From positions 1,010-65,009 of the forward strand of contig JBEKIU010000001.1 of NCBI GenBank assembly GCA_050011635.1: a stretch of 64,000 nucleotides of DNA. Direction: 5' to 3'. This DNA is from Acidimicrobiales bacterium. GTDB taxonomy: Bacteria > Actinomycetota > Acidimicrobiia > Acidimicrobiales > RAAP-2. Below are positions 1-12,480 of the stretch, piece after piece (position 1 is the first letter of the stretch; each line of letters begins with the position of its first letter). Below the pieces are notes generated by a model that saw nothing but the letters and a program-made list of their open reading frames with translations, did no database searches and was not told the DNA's origin. Position numbers and translations under genes: made by a program.

Positions 1-2
1 TC

Positions 3-800
3 GTGGGCATGACCGATTCTCCATCTCCACCTCCGGTTCCGCCAGGTCCGACAGCCTTGCTCCCCCGCTCGGCCGTGAGACCCCTCTCGGTCGGCCGCCC
101 CACCGGACCGTGGCACCATGGGGGCCGCAACTTCTTGCCAGCCACGTGGGTACCGAGGTGCCTTCGCCAACGAAAGGAGCCGGCAGTGGGCGATGCAGAT
201 CAGACCGGACCGGACGGGGACCTCGGCGCTACGGCCTCGGGCGACGACGAGCTGTTCCAGTCGAGGGAGGACGGCCAACTCCACTTCATCAAGGAGACAG
301 CCGCCCGGACGTTTCCCGTCACCGCTCCTGTCGACGCCACGCCGCTCGAGGAGGACGAGCCTGAAGGGGTCATCCCTCCCAGTCCTCTCTGGGCGATGAA
401 AGAACGCAGGCACGAGCAGTGGCCCCACCTGTTCGGCCATCCCGATCGCATCCGGGCCCGGGTGGGCGCCGGTGACGCCACGGTGTACGTGATCGACGAC
501 GGGAAGCGCCACTGCATGATCGGACGGGCGGTCGGGGCCACCGCGGATGGCTGTGTCTACAGCCTGGTGGCCCGGATCACCAGGGAGACCTACGACGCGC
601 TGGCATCTGGCTCCATCGATGCCAGGCAGGCCTTTCTAGCGTCGAGCGACGCGGGCCTGAGCGGCACCGCCGACGCCCCCGGCGTGTCCAACATCTTCGA
701 CGTCGATTTCTACCGTCATGCCGATGAGATCCCCGTGGAGTACCTGCCACCGGCTGCCTTCATCCAGTTTGCGGAGGACCTCCCGACCGCGGACCGCTGA
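3..800 (+). CDS. hypothetical protein (5' end unresolved; may begin upstream of the window or at an internal start)
   Basis: The frame is open from the window edge to the stop at 798-800. The C-terminal ~130 aa (MKERRHEQWPHLFGHPDRIRARVG...FIQFAEDLPTADR) look like a folded domain, while the N-terminal part is Pro/Arg-rich. No family recognised. Confidence 0.4.
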   Translation: MGMTDSPSPPPVPPGPTALLPRSAVRPLSVGRPTGPWHHGGRNFLPATWVPRCLRQRKEPAVGDADQTGPDGDLGATASGDDELFQSREDGQLHFIKETAARTFPVTAPVDATPLEEDEPEGVIPPSPLWAMKERRHEQWPHLFGHPDRIRARVGAGDATVYVIDDGKRHCMIGRAVGATADGCVYSLVARITRETYDALASGSIDARQAFLASSDAGLSGTADAPGVSNIFDVDFYRHADEIPVEYLPPAAFIQFAEDLPTADR

Positions 801-837
801 CGGACCCGACCGCTGGCGGACCGCCGACCGTTTCGGT

Positions 838-1728
838 TCATCCGAGGGACAGTCTCAGCTCCTCAGACGTCGTCCGGGCCGCCTCCCGGAGGCGACCGGT
901 GTCCGGCCCGGCGGCCAGCAACGATCGCGACACGTTGGCCAGCACACTGTGCGGGGGACACCTGGCGAACAGCCGGGCCGCGTCCTCGACCGTCCCTCCT
1001 TGTGCCCCGAGGCCCGGGGCCAGGATGACCCCTCCGAGCCCGGCGAGCTCGAATTGCGACGGCTGCAGTGTCGCCCCCACCACCGCCCCGACGGTGCCCG
1101 GGACGGCCAGACCTCCGCGGTTGAGATCGGCGATGGCCCCGAGGAGAGCGTCCTCCACCGACAGAGCCCCGTCGAGAGCCTCACGAAGAGCCCCACCCGG
1201 ACCGGCGGAGACGGTCGCCTCCTGGATGGACCGGCCCTCGGGGTTGGATCCGCGTACGACCACGACGGCGCCCCGACCCGTTGCCGCGGCCAGGTCGAGG
1301 GCCGGTCGAAGTGCGCCGATCCCGAGGTAGGGCACGAGGGTGACTGCGTCCGCGGCCAGCGGGCTGGCCGGATCCAACCAGGCCGAAGCGTAGGCCTCCA
1401 TGGTCGACCCGATGTCGCCCCGCTTGGCGTCGGCGATGACAAGCAGACCCGCCTGGCGGGCCGCGGTCATGACCGCCTCGAGAGCGCCGATGCCGGCGGA
1501 GCCCCAGCGCTCGAAGAACGCCACCTGGGGTTTGACCACCGGCACGACGCCGGCAAAGGCGTCGATGCAGCGGAGGCCGAACGACCGGAGCCCCTCGGCG
1601 GAGTCGGGCAGGCCCCACCGGGCCAGCAGGGCGGGCGACGGATCGATGCCGGCGCACAGCGGTCCCGACCGGGCCACCGCGGAGGCGACCGTCTCGGCAA
1701 ACCCGCGGATGGACGGGCGATCACCCAT
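838..1728 (-). CDS. pyrF: orotidine 5'-phosphate decarboxylase (type 2)
   Basis: 296-aa ORF with OMP decarboxylase motifs (VKPQVAFFE, IADAKRGDIGST). ATG 1728 overlaps the pyrD stop by 8 nt. Last gene of the pyr operon. Confidence 0.9.
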   Translation of the reverse strand: MGDRPSIRGFAETVASAVARSGPLCAGIDPSPALLARWGLPDSAEGLRSFGLRCIDAFAGVVPVVKPQVAFFERWGSAGIGALEAVMTAARQAGLLVIADAKRGDIGSTMEAYASAWLDPASPLAADAVTLVPYLGIGALRPALDLAAATGRGAVVVVRGSNPEGRSIQEATVSAGPGGALREALDGALSVEDALLGAIADLNRGGLAVPGTVGAVVGATLQPSQFELAGLGGVILAPGLGAQGGTVEDAARLFARCPPHSVLANVSRSLLAAGPDTGRLREAARTTSEELRLSLG

Positions 1729-2734
1729 GGGCCACGCCCGTCACGTCGACCAGCCGGCGGACTCCGTGGCGCGAGCACCACCGCTCGACTTCCTGCAGGA
1801 CCCTGAGGGGTGCCCTGGGATCGCGAAAGGTGGCCGAACCCACCTGCACGGCGTCCGCCCCCGCCATCATCAGCTCGACGGCATCCTCGCCGCACATGAC
1901 GCCGCCCACTCCGATGATGGCGGCCTCCGGATGGGCGACCCGCACGTCGTACACGGCCCGGACGGCGACGGCGTGGACGGCCGGTCCGGACAACCCGCCT
2001 CCGCCCGCACCCGAGCCCAACACCGGGCGCCGCCGCTCGACATCGATGGCCATGGCCAACACGGTGTTGACAAGGGTGATGGCCTCGGCCCCGGCGGCCA
2101 GTGCGGCCCCGGCCACCTCGGCCAGGTCGGCCACCGTCGGACTCAATTTGGCCCACCGCGGCAGAGTCGGGCAGGACTCGCCCACCGCGGCCACCACCTC
2201 GGACGTAGCCGTGGCCGAATGGGCGAACATCCTGCGCCGGTCCTCGATGTTCGGACAGCTCACGTTGATCTCGACCGCGGTAAGACCCGGGACCCCGGCC
2301 AGCATGGCGGCCGCCTTGGCGAAGTCGGCCACCCGTTGGCCCCAGATGCTGACCACCACGCGGGCCCCGAGCGCGGTCAGCGCGGGAAGGTCCTGATCGA
2401 TCCACGACCCGAGCCCGGGGCCCTGGAGGCCGACACTGTTGATCATCCCCGATGCCGTCTGGTGCAGCCGGGGAGGCGGGTTGCCGGGCCATGGGTCCAC
2501 GCACAGGGACTTGACCACCACCGCGCCGAGCGCGTCGAGCGGGAAGTAGGCGCCGAGCTCGTCGGAGTGACCCGCCGTCCCCGATGCGGTCATGACCGGG
2601 TTGGGAAGCTCGATGGATCCGATCCGCACCGAGAGGTCGACGTCGCCGGCGGTGACCGCCCGCCAGGCCCGGCCCACCCGGGCCCCGGTCTGTGCCCCCA
2701 CCCGGGCTCCGGCTCCGGCCGACGCGTCCCTCAC
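1721..2734 (-). CDS. pyrD: dihydroorotate dehydrogenase, class 1 (1B-like catalytic subunit)
   Basis: Motifs ELPNPVMTASGT, GMINSVGLQGPG, NVSCPN (catalytic Cys) and GGLSG. The longest start, ATG 2734, lies 4 nt after the carB stop. The true start may be further downstream. Confidence 0.9.
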   Translation of the reverse strand: MRDASAGAGARVGAQTGARVGRAWRAVTAGDVDLSVRIGSIELPNPVMTASGTAGHSDELGAYFPLDALGAVVVKSLCVDPWPGNPPPRLHQTASGMINSVGLQGPGLGSWIDQDLPALTALGARVVVSIWGQRVADFAKAAAMLAGVPGLTAVEINVSCPNIEDRRRMFAHSATATSEVVAAVGESCPTLPRWAKLSPTVADLAEVAGAALAAGAEAITLVNTVLAMAIDVERRRPVLGSGAGGGGLSGPAVHAVAVRAVYDVRVAHPEAAIIGVGGVMCGEDAVELMMAGADAVQVGSATFRDPRAPLRVLQEVERWCSRHGVRRLVDVTGVAHG

Positions 2735-2738
2735 CGGT

Positions 2739-6052
<3,314 letters not shown>

Positions 6053-6053
<1 letters not shown>

Positions 6054-7186
6054 CAGCGGCGGGCCCCGGATCGCACGCCGGCGCCGGTGGCGTCCATCAA
6101 CAGCCGGAACTCCTCGAAGAGGTACCGGGCGTCGTGGGGACCGGGTCCGGCCTCGGGGTGGTACTGGACGCTGAAGACCGGGGCGTCCCGGCTGCGGAGT
6201 CCCTCGACCACCCCGTCGTTGAGATTGACGTGGGTGATATCGGCCGCGGTCAGCGAGTCCCCGGCGACTGCGAAATTGTGGTTCTGCGAGGTGATCTCGA
6301 CCCGGCCGGTCTCCAGTCGCCGGACGGGGTGGTTGCCACCGTGGTGCCCGAACGGCAGCTTGTAGGTGACCGCGCCCAGCGCGGTGGCCAACAACTGGTG
6401 GCCGAGGCAGATCCCGAACACCGGGACCGTGCCCCCGGCGGCCAGCTCCCGGATCTCGCCGATGATGGCGGGCAGCGCCGCGGGGTCGCCGGGCCCGTTG
6501 GACAGGAAGATCCCGTCGGGTTCGAACTCCAGCGCCCGTTGGGCGGGTGTCGAGGCCGGTACCACGGTGACCGTGGCCAGCACACCCAGCTGGCGCAGCA
6601 TGGCCTCTTTGATGCCGAAGTCGTAGGCCACCACCCGATACGGCCCGGAACCCCTCGTGTAGACCTCGCTCGTCGTCACCCCCGACACCAGGTCGACCCC
6701 GTCGGTGGAAGGGGCGGCGCCGGCCGCCGCGTGCAACTCCTCCAAGCCGGCCGTGCCGAAGGCACACGGCATCGCTCCCTCGTTGCGCAGATGGCGGGTG
6801 AGGCGGCGGGTGTCGACGCCGGTGATGCCGGGGACCGAACGCCGGGTCAGGTACGCCTCCAATGACTCGGTGGAGCGCCAGCTGCTCGGTCGATCACAGA
6901 GGTCGCGCACGATCACGCCCCGGCAGTGCGGACGCGCCGCCTCGTCATCGGTGGGGTTCACCCCGTAGTTGCCGATGTGGGGGTAGGTGAAGGCGATGAC
7001 CTGGCCGGCATAGGACGGATCGGTGATCACCTCCTGGTAGCCGGAGAGCACGGTATTGAACACGGCTTCCCCTGTGGCCACGCCCTGTTCCGGTCGGGCA
7101 CCGATCGCCTCGCCTTCGAACACTGCTCCGTCGGCCAGGACGAGGGCGGCCTCGGTCCGGTGCGGGGCGCCACTCCGGCCGGTCAT
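6053..7186 (-). CDS. carA: carbamoyl-phosphate synthase small (glutaminase) subunit
   Basis: N-domain [28 protein letters not shown] and class-I amidotransferase [12 protein letters not shown] 7186 overlaps the pyrC stop (ATGA). Confidence 0.97.
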
Positions 7187-8514
7187 CGCCGGGCCCCGCC
7201 GTCGACGACCACTGGTTCGCCGCGGAACACGGTGTGCCGAACTCGGCCGGTGAGCGTGCGCCCTCCGTAGGGCGAATTGTGGCTCCGGCTGGCCAGGGCG
7301 GCGACGTCCACCGTCCAGGTGGCCGTCGGATCGATGACGCAGAGGTTGGCCGCGGCTCCCGGCACGATCGGGCCGCCCTGGTCGCCACCGTTCGACGGGT
7401 CGAGCCGGGCGATCCTCGCCGGCTGCCAGCTCATGAGGGCCAGCAGCTGGGTCATGGGCAGACCGAGCTCGCCGATGGCCAGGGAGGCTGCCGTCTGCAG
7501 GCCGAGCATGCCCGGAGGGGCCTGGTCGAAGGGAAGGTCCTTGAGCTCGGGCGGATGCGGGGCATGATCGGTGGCGATGGCATCGATGGTCCCGTCGGCC
7601 AGGCCCGCCTTCACGGCGTCGACATCCGACTGCGGCCGCAACGGGGGGTTGACCTTGAACACGGGATCGTATCCCGACGCGCAGCCGTCGGTCAGTGAGA
7701 AGTGGTGGGGTGCCGCCTCCGCCGTCACCGCCAGCCCCTCAGCCTTGGCTTGCCGGACCAGCTCCACGGATGTCGCGGTGGACAGGTGGAGGAAGTGGAT
7801 GCGGGCCCCGCACGCCCGCACGAGGGCGATGTCCCGCGCCACCATCGCCTCTTCGGCCACGGCCGGCATCCCGGGGATCCCGAGCCGGCTCGACCACTCG
7901 CCCTCGTGCATGGCACCGTTGGCGGCCAGTGACCCGTCCTCGCAGTGCTGGGCCAAGGTGACCCCGATCCCCGTGGCGTACTCGAGAGCCCTGCGCATGA
8001 CCCCGGCCGACTGGACCCCGGTACCGTCGTCGGTGAACAGGTGCACGCCGAGGTCGGCGAGCTCGGCCATCGGAGCCAGCCGCTCTCCGGCCCGACCCAC
8101 CGTGATGGCGCCGGCCACGGCCACCTCGGCGGTGGCCGTGGCCGCCAGCTCGAACACGTTGCGGACCGCCTCGGCCGAGTCCAGCGCCGGGTCGGTGTTG
8201 GGCATGGCCACCACGGCGGTGTAGCCGCCCAACGACGCGGCCCGGGTCCCTGTCTCGATGGTCTCGGACTCCTCACGTCCCGGCTCCCGGAGATGGGTGT
8301 GCAGATCCACCAGACCGGGGGCGACCACGCATCCGGTGGCATCGAGCACGACGGCCCCGTTGGGCCCGGTGATCTCGTCGTCCAGCGCAGCCACGAGTCC
8401 CTGGGTCACCAGCACGTCGGCCCGGCGCTCCCCGTGCTGGTCGATCACCATGCCACCGCGGATCACCACGGTGGGCAGTTCACCTCCTGGCCCGTCATCG
8501 GTCCGATCAGCCAT
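7183..8514 (-). CDS. pyrC: dihydroorotase
   Basis: Amidohydrolase metal motif [11 protein letters not shown] and IATDHAPH. Overlaps the pyrB stop by 8 nt. Confidence 0.95.
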   Translation of the reverse strand: MADRTDDGPGGELPTVVIRGGMVIDQHGERRADVLVTQGLVAALDDEITGPNGAVVLDATGCVVAPGLVDLHTHLREPGREESETIETGTRAASLGGYTAVVAMPNTDPALDSAEAVRNVFELAATATAEVAVAGAITVGRAGERLAPMAELADLGVHLFTDDGTGVQSAGVMRRALEYATGIGVTLAQHCEDGSLAANGAMHEGEWSSRLGIPGMPAVAEEAMVARDIALVRACGARIHFLHLSTATSVELVRQAKAEGLAVTAEAAPHHFSLTDGCASGYDPVFKVNPPLRPQSDVDAVKAGLADGTIDAIATDHAPHPPELKDLPFDQAPPGMLGLQTAASLAIGELGLPMTQLLALMSWQPARIARLDPSNGGDQGGPIVPGAAANLCVIDPTATWTVDVAALASRSHNSPYGGRTLTGRVRHTVFRGEPVVVDGGARR

Positions 8515-9478
8515 GGAGATCCCCCTCCTTCGGCCCCTGACCGAGGAGCAGGAAGAGCACCGCCATCCGGATGGCCACGCCGTTGCTCACCTGTGCGGTG
8601 ATGAGGGCGGCCGGGAGCTCGGCCACATCGGAGGCGATCTCCACACCGCGGACGATCGGCCCCGGATGGAGGATCACTGCTCCGGGCTGGAGCATGGCCG
8701 CCCGGCGGGCGGTGAGGCCGTAGCCGGCCGTGTACTCGCGGAGGCTCGGGACGAACTCCCCGCTCCCCCGTTCGGACTGCACCCGGAGCAATGAGACCAC
8801 GTCGGCCTTGGGCAGCACGTCGTCGAGATCCTGGTTGACCGCGATCACCGGCCACCCGGCGAGCGACGGTGGGAGCAGGGTGGCCGGTGCCACCAGGGTG
8901 ACGTCGGCGCCCATGGCCGAGTACGCCGCGATCTGGGACCGTGCCACCCGGCTGTGGCGGATGTCACCCACGATCGCCACCTGCAGCCCCTCGAACCGGG
9001 CCAGACCGGTGTCACCTCCGCCGAACGCCTGCCGCACCGTGTACAGGTCAAGTAGCGCCTGGGTCGGATGCTGGTGCCAACCGTCGCCGGCGTTTATCAC
9101 CACGCAGTGGTCGACCCACTCCGCCACCCTGGCCGGAACACCGGACGACGAGTGCCGGATGATCACCGAGTCGATCCCGATCGCCTCGACGGTCTCGACG
9201 GTGTCTCGCAACGACTCGCCCTTGTTGACGGACGAGGAACCGGCCGCGAACGAGAGCACGTCCGCCGACATCCGCTTGGCCGCCGTCTCGAACGACATCC
9301 GGGTCCGGGTCGAGTCCTCGAAGAACAGGGTGGCCACCGTCCGGCCCCGGAGGGTGGGAACCTTCGGGTTGGCCCGTCGGCCCACCTCGACAAAGGAGTC
9401 GGTCACCCGGAGCACCTCGGCAATCTCTTCCCGGCCCAGGTCGTCCATGCTGAGCAGGTGGACGGGAAACGGGCTCAC
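8507..9478 (-). CDS. pyrB: aspartate carbamoyltransferase catalytic subunit
   Basis: ATCase motifs FFEDSTRTRMSFE and HQHPTQALLD. Overlaps the pyrR stop. Confidence 0.97.
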   Translation of the reverse strand: MSPFPVHLLSMDDLGREEIAEVLRVTDSFVEVGRRANPKVPTLRGRTVATLFFEDSTRTRMSFETAAKRMSADVLSFAAGSSSVNKGESLRDTVETVEAIGIDSVIIRHSSSGVPARVAEWVDHCVVINAGDGWHQHPTQALLDLYTVRQAFGGGDTGLARFEGLQVAIVGDIRHSRVARSQIAAYSAMGADVTLVAPATLLPPSLAGWPVIAVNQDLDDVLPKADVVSLLRVQSERGSGEFVPSLREYTAGYGLTARRAAMLQPGAVILHPGPIVRGVEIASDVAELPAALITAQVSNGVAIRMAVLFLLLGQGPKEGDLHG

Positions 9479-10050
9479 CTGACGACCAGGTCCCCGAGGG
9501 ACACCCCTTCTTCGGACACGTCGACCATCTCGTCCCGGCTGGTGGGGAGGTTCTTCCCCACATAGTCGGGTCGGATCGGGAGCTCCCGGTGACCTCGGTC
9601 GACCATCACGGCCAGTTCGACGATCTGGGCCCGCCCGTACTCGCCCAGCGCATTGAGCGCCGCTCTGATGGTCCGGCCGGTGAAGAGCACGTCGTCGACC
9701 AGCACCACCGTGGCCCCGGTCAGGTCGAAGCTGATGTCGGTGGCGGCTTCGGGAAGGACGGGGCGGAGCCCGATGTCGTCGCGGTAGAAGGCCACGTCCA
9801 GGGTTCCGACCGGGATCGCCGCCCCCTCGAGCTCGGAGAGCGTGCCGGCCAGTCGCTCGGCAATAGCCACTCCGCCGGTCTGCAGGCCGATCAGGACCAG
9901 GTGCTGGAGTCCGCGATTCCGCTCGACGATCTCATGGGCCATCCGGGTGATGGCGCGGTGCACGTCGTCCGCCGACATGACCTGCGCACGGGGAACGAAT
10001 ACAGCACCCCGCGGGCGGGTATGACTGCGTTCGCGCTCGGCCACCTGCAT
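9475..10050 (-). CDS. pyrR: bifunctional pyr operon regulator / uracil phosphoribosyltransferase PyrR
   Basis: PRPP-binding motif VVLVDDVLFTGRTIRAAL. The segment MSADDVHRAITRMAHEIVERN resembles the mycobacterial PyrR N-terminus. ATG 10050 abuts an AGGAGG, so GTG 10044 (6-nt spacing) is an alternative start. Confidence 0.93.
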   Translation of the reverse strand: MQVAERERSHTRPRGAVFVPRAQVMSADDVHRAITRMAHEIVERNRGLQHLVLIGLQTGGVAIAERLAGTLSELEGAAIPVGTLDVAFYRDDIGLRPVLPEAATDISFDLTGATVVLVDDVLFTGRTIRAALNALGEYGRAQIVELAVMVDRGHRELPIRPDYVGKNLPTSRDEMVDVSEEGVSLGDLVVR

Positions 10051-10106
10051 CCTCCTGTCCGTTCGGGCCTCACGGGACCCGCTTCACGGTCAGAGGCCGA
10101 GTATAC
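10051..10106 (-). promoter_or_regulatory. candidate pyr promoter -10 (TATACT) and PyrR-binding leader hairpin overlapping the pyrR Shine-Dalgarno
   Basis: Minus-strand RNA reads ...TATACTCGGCCUCUGACCGUGAAGCGGGUCCCGUGAGGCCCGAACGGACAGGAGGAUG. GGUCCCGUGAGGCC (10066-10079) matches 10 of 14 positions of the PyrR loop consensus ARUCCAGAGAGGYU. Two mutually exclusive helices are possible: GGCCUC/GAGGCC, or GUCC/GGAC next to the SD. Confidence 0.45.
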
Positions 10107-10120
10107 CCACGCGGTCCCCG

Positions 10121-10242
10121 GCGCACCACGCGCACCACGCGCACCACGCGCACCACGCGCACGGCCGGACCTCCGGGTCGGCGGGTCGGCGGGTTCGCTC
10201 GGGCCTCCGGGTCGGCAGGTCGGCGGGTCGGCGGGTTCGCTC
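10121..10242. repeat. compound tandem repeats in the nusB-pyrR spacer: GCGCACCAC x4.7, then a 31/39-bp duplication built from GGTCGGCG-type octamers
   Basis: Read directly. 10121-10162 is 4 perfect 9-bp units plus a partial unit. 10170-10200 and 10204-10242 are near-identical copies (CCTCCGGGTCGGC[AGGTCGGC]GGGTCGGCGGGTTCGCTC). Confidence 0.9.
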
Positions 10243-10281
10243 CTCTGTGCAGGCGGGTCGTCCCCCGGGTCGACCGGGCTG

Positions 10282-10701
10282 TCAACCTCTGACCTGTTCG
10301 GCCACCGTGGCCAAGACGCCGTTGACGAAGCGACCGGAATCGTCGGTCGAGTAGGCCGAGGCCAGTTCGACCGCCTCGTTGAGGATCACCGGGGTGGGTA
10401 CGTCGGGGAAGTCGAGCAGTTCGGCAACGGCCAGACGGAGCACGTTCCGGTCCACCACCGCCATCCGGTCGACCTCCCACCCGATGGCGGCACCACCGAT
10501 GAGCCGGTCGATGTCGGCCTGGCGCGCCTCCACCGCCCGCACCAACGCGACCGTGTAGGGATCGGGGGCCACCATCAGCTCGTCGAGGACCTCGGAGGGC
10601 CGCCTTCCCTTCAGCTCCGCCTCGTAGAGGAGGGTCACGACCCGTTCGCGGGCTTGGTGTCGAGGTGCGGGATCCATTGTCGATCGTCGGTCGGGCTCCA
10701 C
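10282..10701 (-). CDS. nusB: transcription antitermination factor NusB
   Basis: ARERVVTLLYEAEL...NEAVELASAYSTDDSGRFVNGVLA is typical of NusB. The longest start is GTG 10701; ATG 10677 (MDPAPRHQARE) is an equally plausible start. Confidence 0.92.
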   Translation of the reverse strand: MEPDRRSTMDPAPRHQARERVVTLLYEAELKGRRPSEVLDELMVAPDPYTVALVRAVEARQADIDRLIGGAAIGWEVDRMAVVDRNVLRLAVAELLDFPDVPTPVILNEAVELASAYSTDDSGRFVNGVLATVAEQVRG

Positions 10702-10744
10702 GCGGGCTGCACGGATGTCGCCCCCGGCCGGGTGCCGGCCGAGG

Positions 10745-11305
10745 TCAGGCCCGGGTCAGGTACTCCCCGGAGCGGGTGTCGACCTTGATCCTCTCGCCGG
10801 GATTGACGAAGAGAGGCACCTGGATGACCAGGCCCGTCTCCACGGTTGCCGGCTTGCGCGCACCCGACACCCGGTCCCCCTGGACCCCGGGCTCGGTATC
10901 GGTCACGGTCAGCTCGACTGCGGCCGGAAGATCCACCCCTACGATCTCCTCCCCGAAGAACTGGAGGACCGCGTCGTCCCCTTCCTTGAGGTAGTTGGCG
11001 GCGTCACCCAACAAGCCGGTCTCGACCTGGAGCTGCTCGAACGAGGTGGTGTCCATGAAGACGTAGTCGGAACCGTCCCGGTAGAGGAACTGCATCTCCC
11101 GCTTGTCGATGATGGCCTGCTCGAGCTTCTCGTCGGCCCGGTAGGTCCGCTCGATGACGGCACCGGTGCGTTGGTTCTTCAATTTGGTCCGCACGAAGGC
11201 GCCGCCCTTTCCCGGCTTGACGTGTTGGAACTCGACCACGGCGAACAGGCCTTCGGGGAGGTCGAGCGTCATCCCATTGCGGAGATCATTGGTGGAGACG
11301 GCCAT
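10745..11305 (-). CDS. efp: elongation factor P
   Basis: 186 aa, with FQHVKPGKGGAFVRTKLKN containing the conserved modified-Lys loop. ATG 11305 overlaps the upstream stop (ATGA). Confidence 0.97.
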   Translation of the reverse strand: MAVSTNDLRNGMTLDLPEGLFAVVEFQHVKPGKGGAFVRTKLKNQRTGAVIERTYRADEKLEQAIIDKREMQFLYRDGSDYVFMDTTSFEQLQVETGLLGDAANYLKEGDDAVLQFFGEEIVGVDLPAAVELTVTDTEPGVQGDRVSGARKPATVETGLVIQVPLFVNPGERIKVDTRSGEYLTRA

Positions 11306-12480
11306 CAGACGGCAACTTCCTTCGGGAACAAGGTCAACGATCGGCTACCGTCCGGCGTCACCACCAGGGTGTCCTCGATACGGACCCCACCCGTCCCGGG
11401 CAGGTACACCCCCGGCTCCACGGTGACCACGGTGCCGGGGGCGAGGATAGCAGTCGACCCCGGCCCGACCGACGGTCCCTCGTGGATGTCGAGCCCGACG
11501 CCGTGCCCGGTGCCGTGCTCGAACCGTTCGGCCCACCCCGAGGCGGCGATCACGTCGCGGCAGGCCCGGTCCACCGACCCGGTGATGGCCCCGGGCCCCA
11601 CCGTGCGCACCCCGGCCCGTTGCGAGGCGGCCACCACGTCGAAGACCTTGGCCAGCTCACCGGTCGGCTCGCCACCGACGCAGAAGGTGCGGGTCATGTC
11701 CGATCGGTACCCGTCGAACACGGCACCGAAGTCCACGACCACCGGATCGCCGGCGCGGATCCGGCGGCCTCCCGGACGGGCGTGGGGCTTGGCCGAATTC
11801 TCTCCCGACGCCACGATGGTCTCGAATGCGCTGTCCTCGGCACCCTGTTCACGCATGGCGTGGTCGAGGGCGGCTGCGAACCGGCCTTCGGTCAGCTCGT
11901 CGCCGGCACCCCCGCGGCCGGCCGCGGTCAGCAGGGGCAGGGTGGCTTCGAGGGCCTGATCGGCGATGGTTGCCGCCCGCTCCATCCGGGCCACCTCGGC
12001 CTCGTCCTTGACCATCCGCAGGCTCTCGACCAACCCGCCGGTCGGCACCAGGGCCACCGAGGCCAGGAGCCCCTCCCAGGTGCGTTGCGCCGACCAGGTG
12101 ACAGCGTCAGCCTCGAGTCCGATGACGCCGACGGCCGCCGCCCGGGCCACCACGGCATCGCGTTGGGCCTGCACCCCGCCGATGCAGGACGTGATTTCGG
12201 CCTCGGCGCCGCCCGCCCGCAACTGCTCCGAGGACTGGGTCCGGTATCGCCCGTCGGTGGTCAACAGGGCGCCGTCGGCCGTCACCAGCAGCAATCCCGC
12301 CGATCCGCTGAAGCCGCTCAGCCACCGGATGTTGGCCGGGGTCGTGACCAGCAGGCCGCCGATGGCCTGCCCGTGGTCGCCGGCGGCGGCGAAGAGCGCC
12401 CGGAGACGTTGCAGGCGACCCGATACATCCAGCGGGGGTAGACCTCCGGCCGGCGGCACGCCTCCCGTCGTCGCCCCCAT
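11305..12480 (-). CDS. pepQ: Xaa-Pro aminopeptidase (M24B family)
   Basis: M24 metal-ligand motifs (HGTGHGVGLDIHEGP, VEPGVYLPGTGGVRIEDT). Synteny aroQ-pepQ-efp-nusB as in mycobacteria. ATGA overlap with aroQ. Confidence 0.88.
   Translation of the reverse strand: MGATTGGVPPAGGLPPLDVSGRLQRLRALFAAAGDHGQAIGGLLVTTPANIRWLSGFSGSAGLLLVTADGALLTTDGRYRTQSSEQLRAGGAEAEITSCIGGVQAQRDAVVARAAAVGVIGLEADAVTWSAQRTWEGLLASVALVPTGGLVESLRMVKDEAEVARMERAATIADQALEATLPLLTAAGRGGAGDELTEGRFAAALDHAMREQGAEDSAFETIVASGENSAKPHARPGGRRIRAGDPVVVDFGAVFDGYRSDMTRTFCVGGEPTGELAKVFDVVAASQRAGVRTVGPGAITGSVDRACRDVIAASGWAERFEHGTGHGVGLDIHEGPSVGPGSTAILAPGTVVTVEPGVYLPGTGGVRIEDTLVVTPDGSRSLTLFPKEVAV

Noticed and set aside
6054-6767. A 238-codon N-terminal extension of the carB ORF. 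Similar extensions exist for aroB, aroK, aroC, tyrS, murC, murB, ftsQ, the SDR gene and others.
   Set aside because: Each extension overlaps the upstream gene in another frame. Each conserved protein begins at an internal ATG or GTG that forms an ATGA/GTGA overlap or a short gap with the upstream stop.
10121-10242. The tandem arrays (here and at 30750, 31630 and 63499) as CRISPR arrays.
   Set aside because: The units are contiguous with no unique spacers and are much shorter than CRISPR repeats. No cas genes are present in the window.
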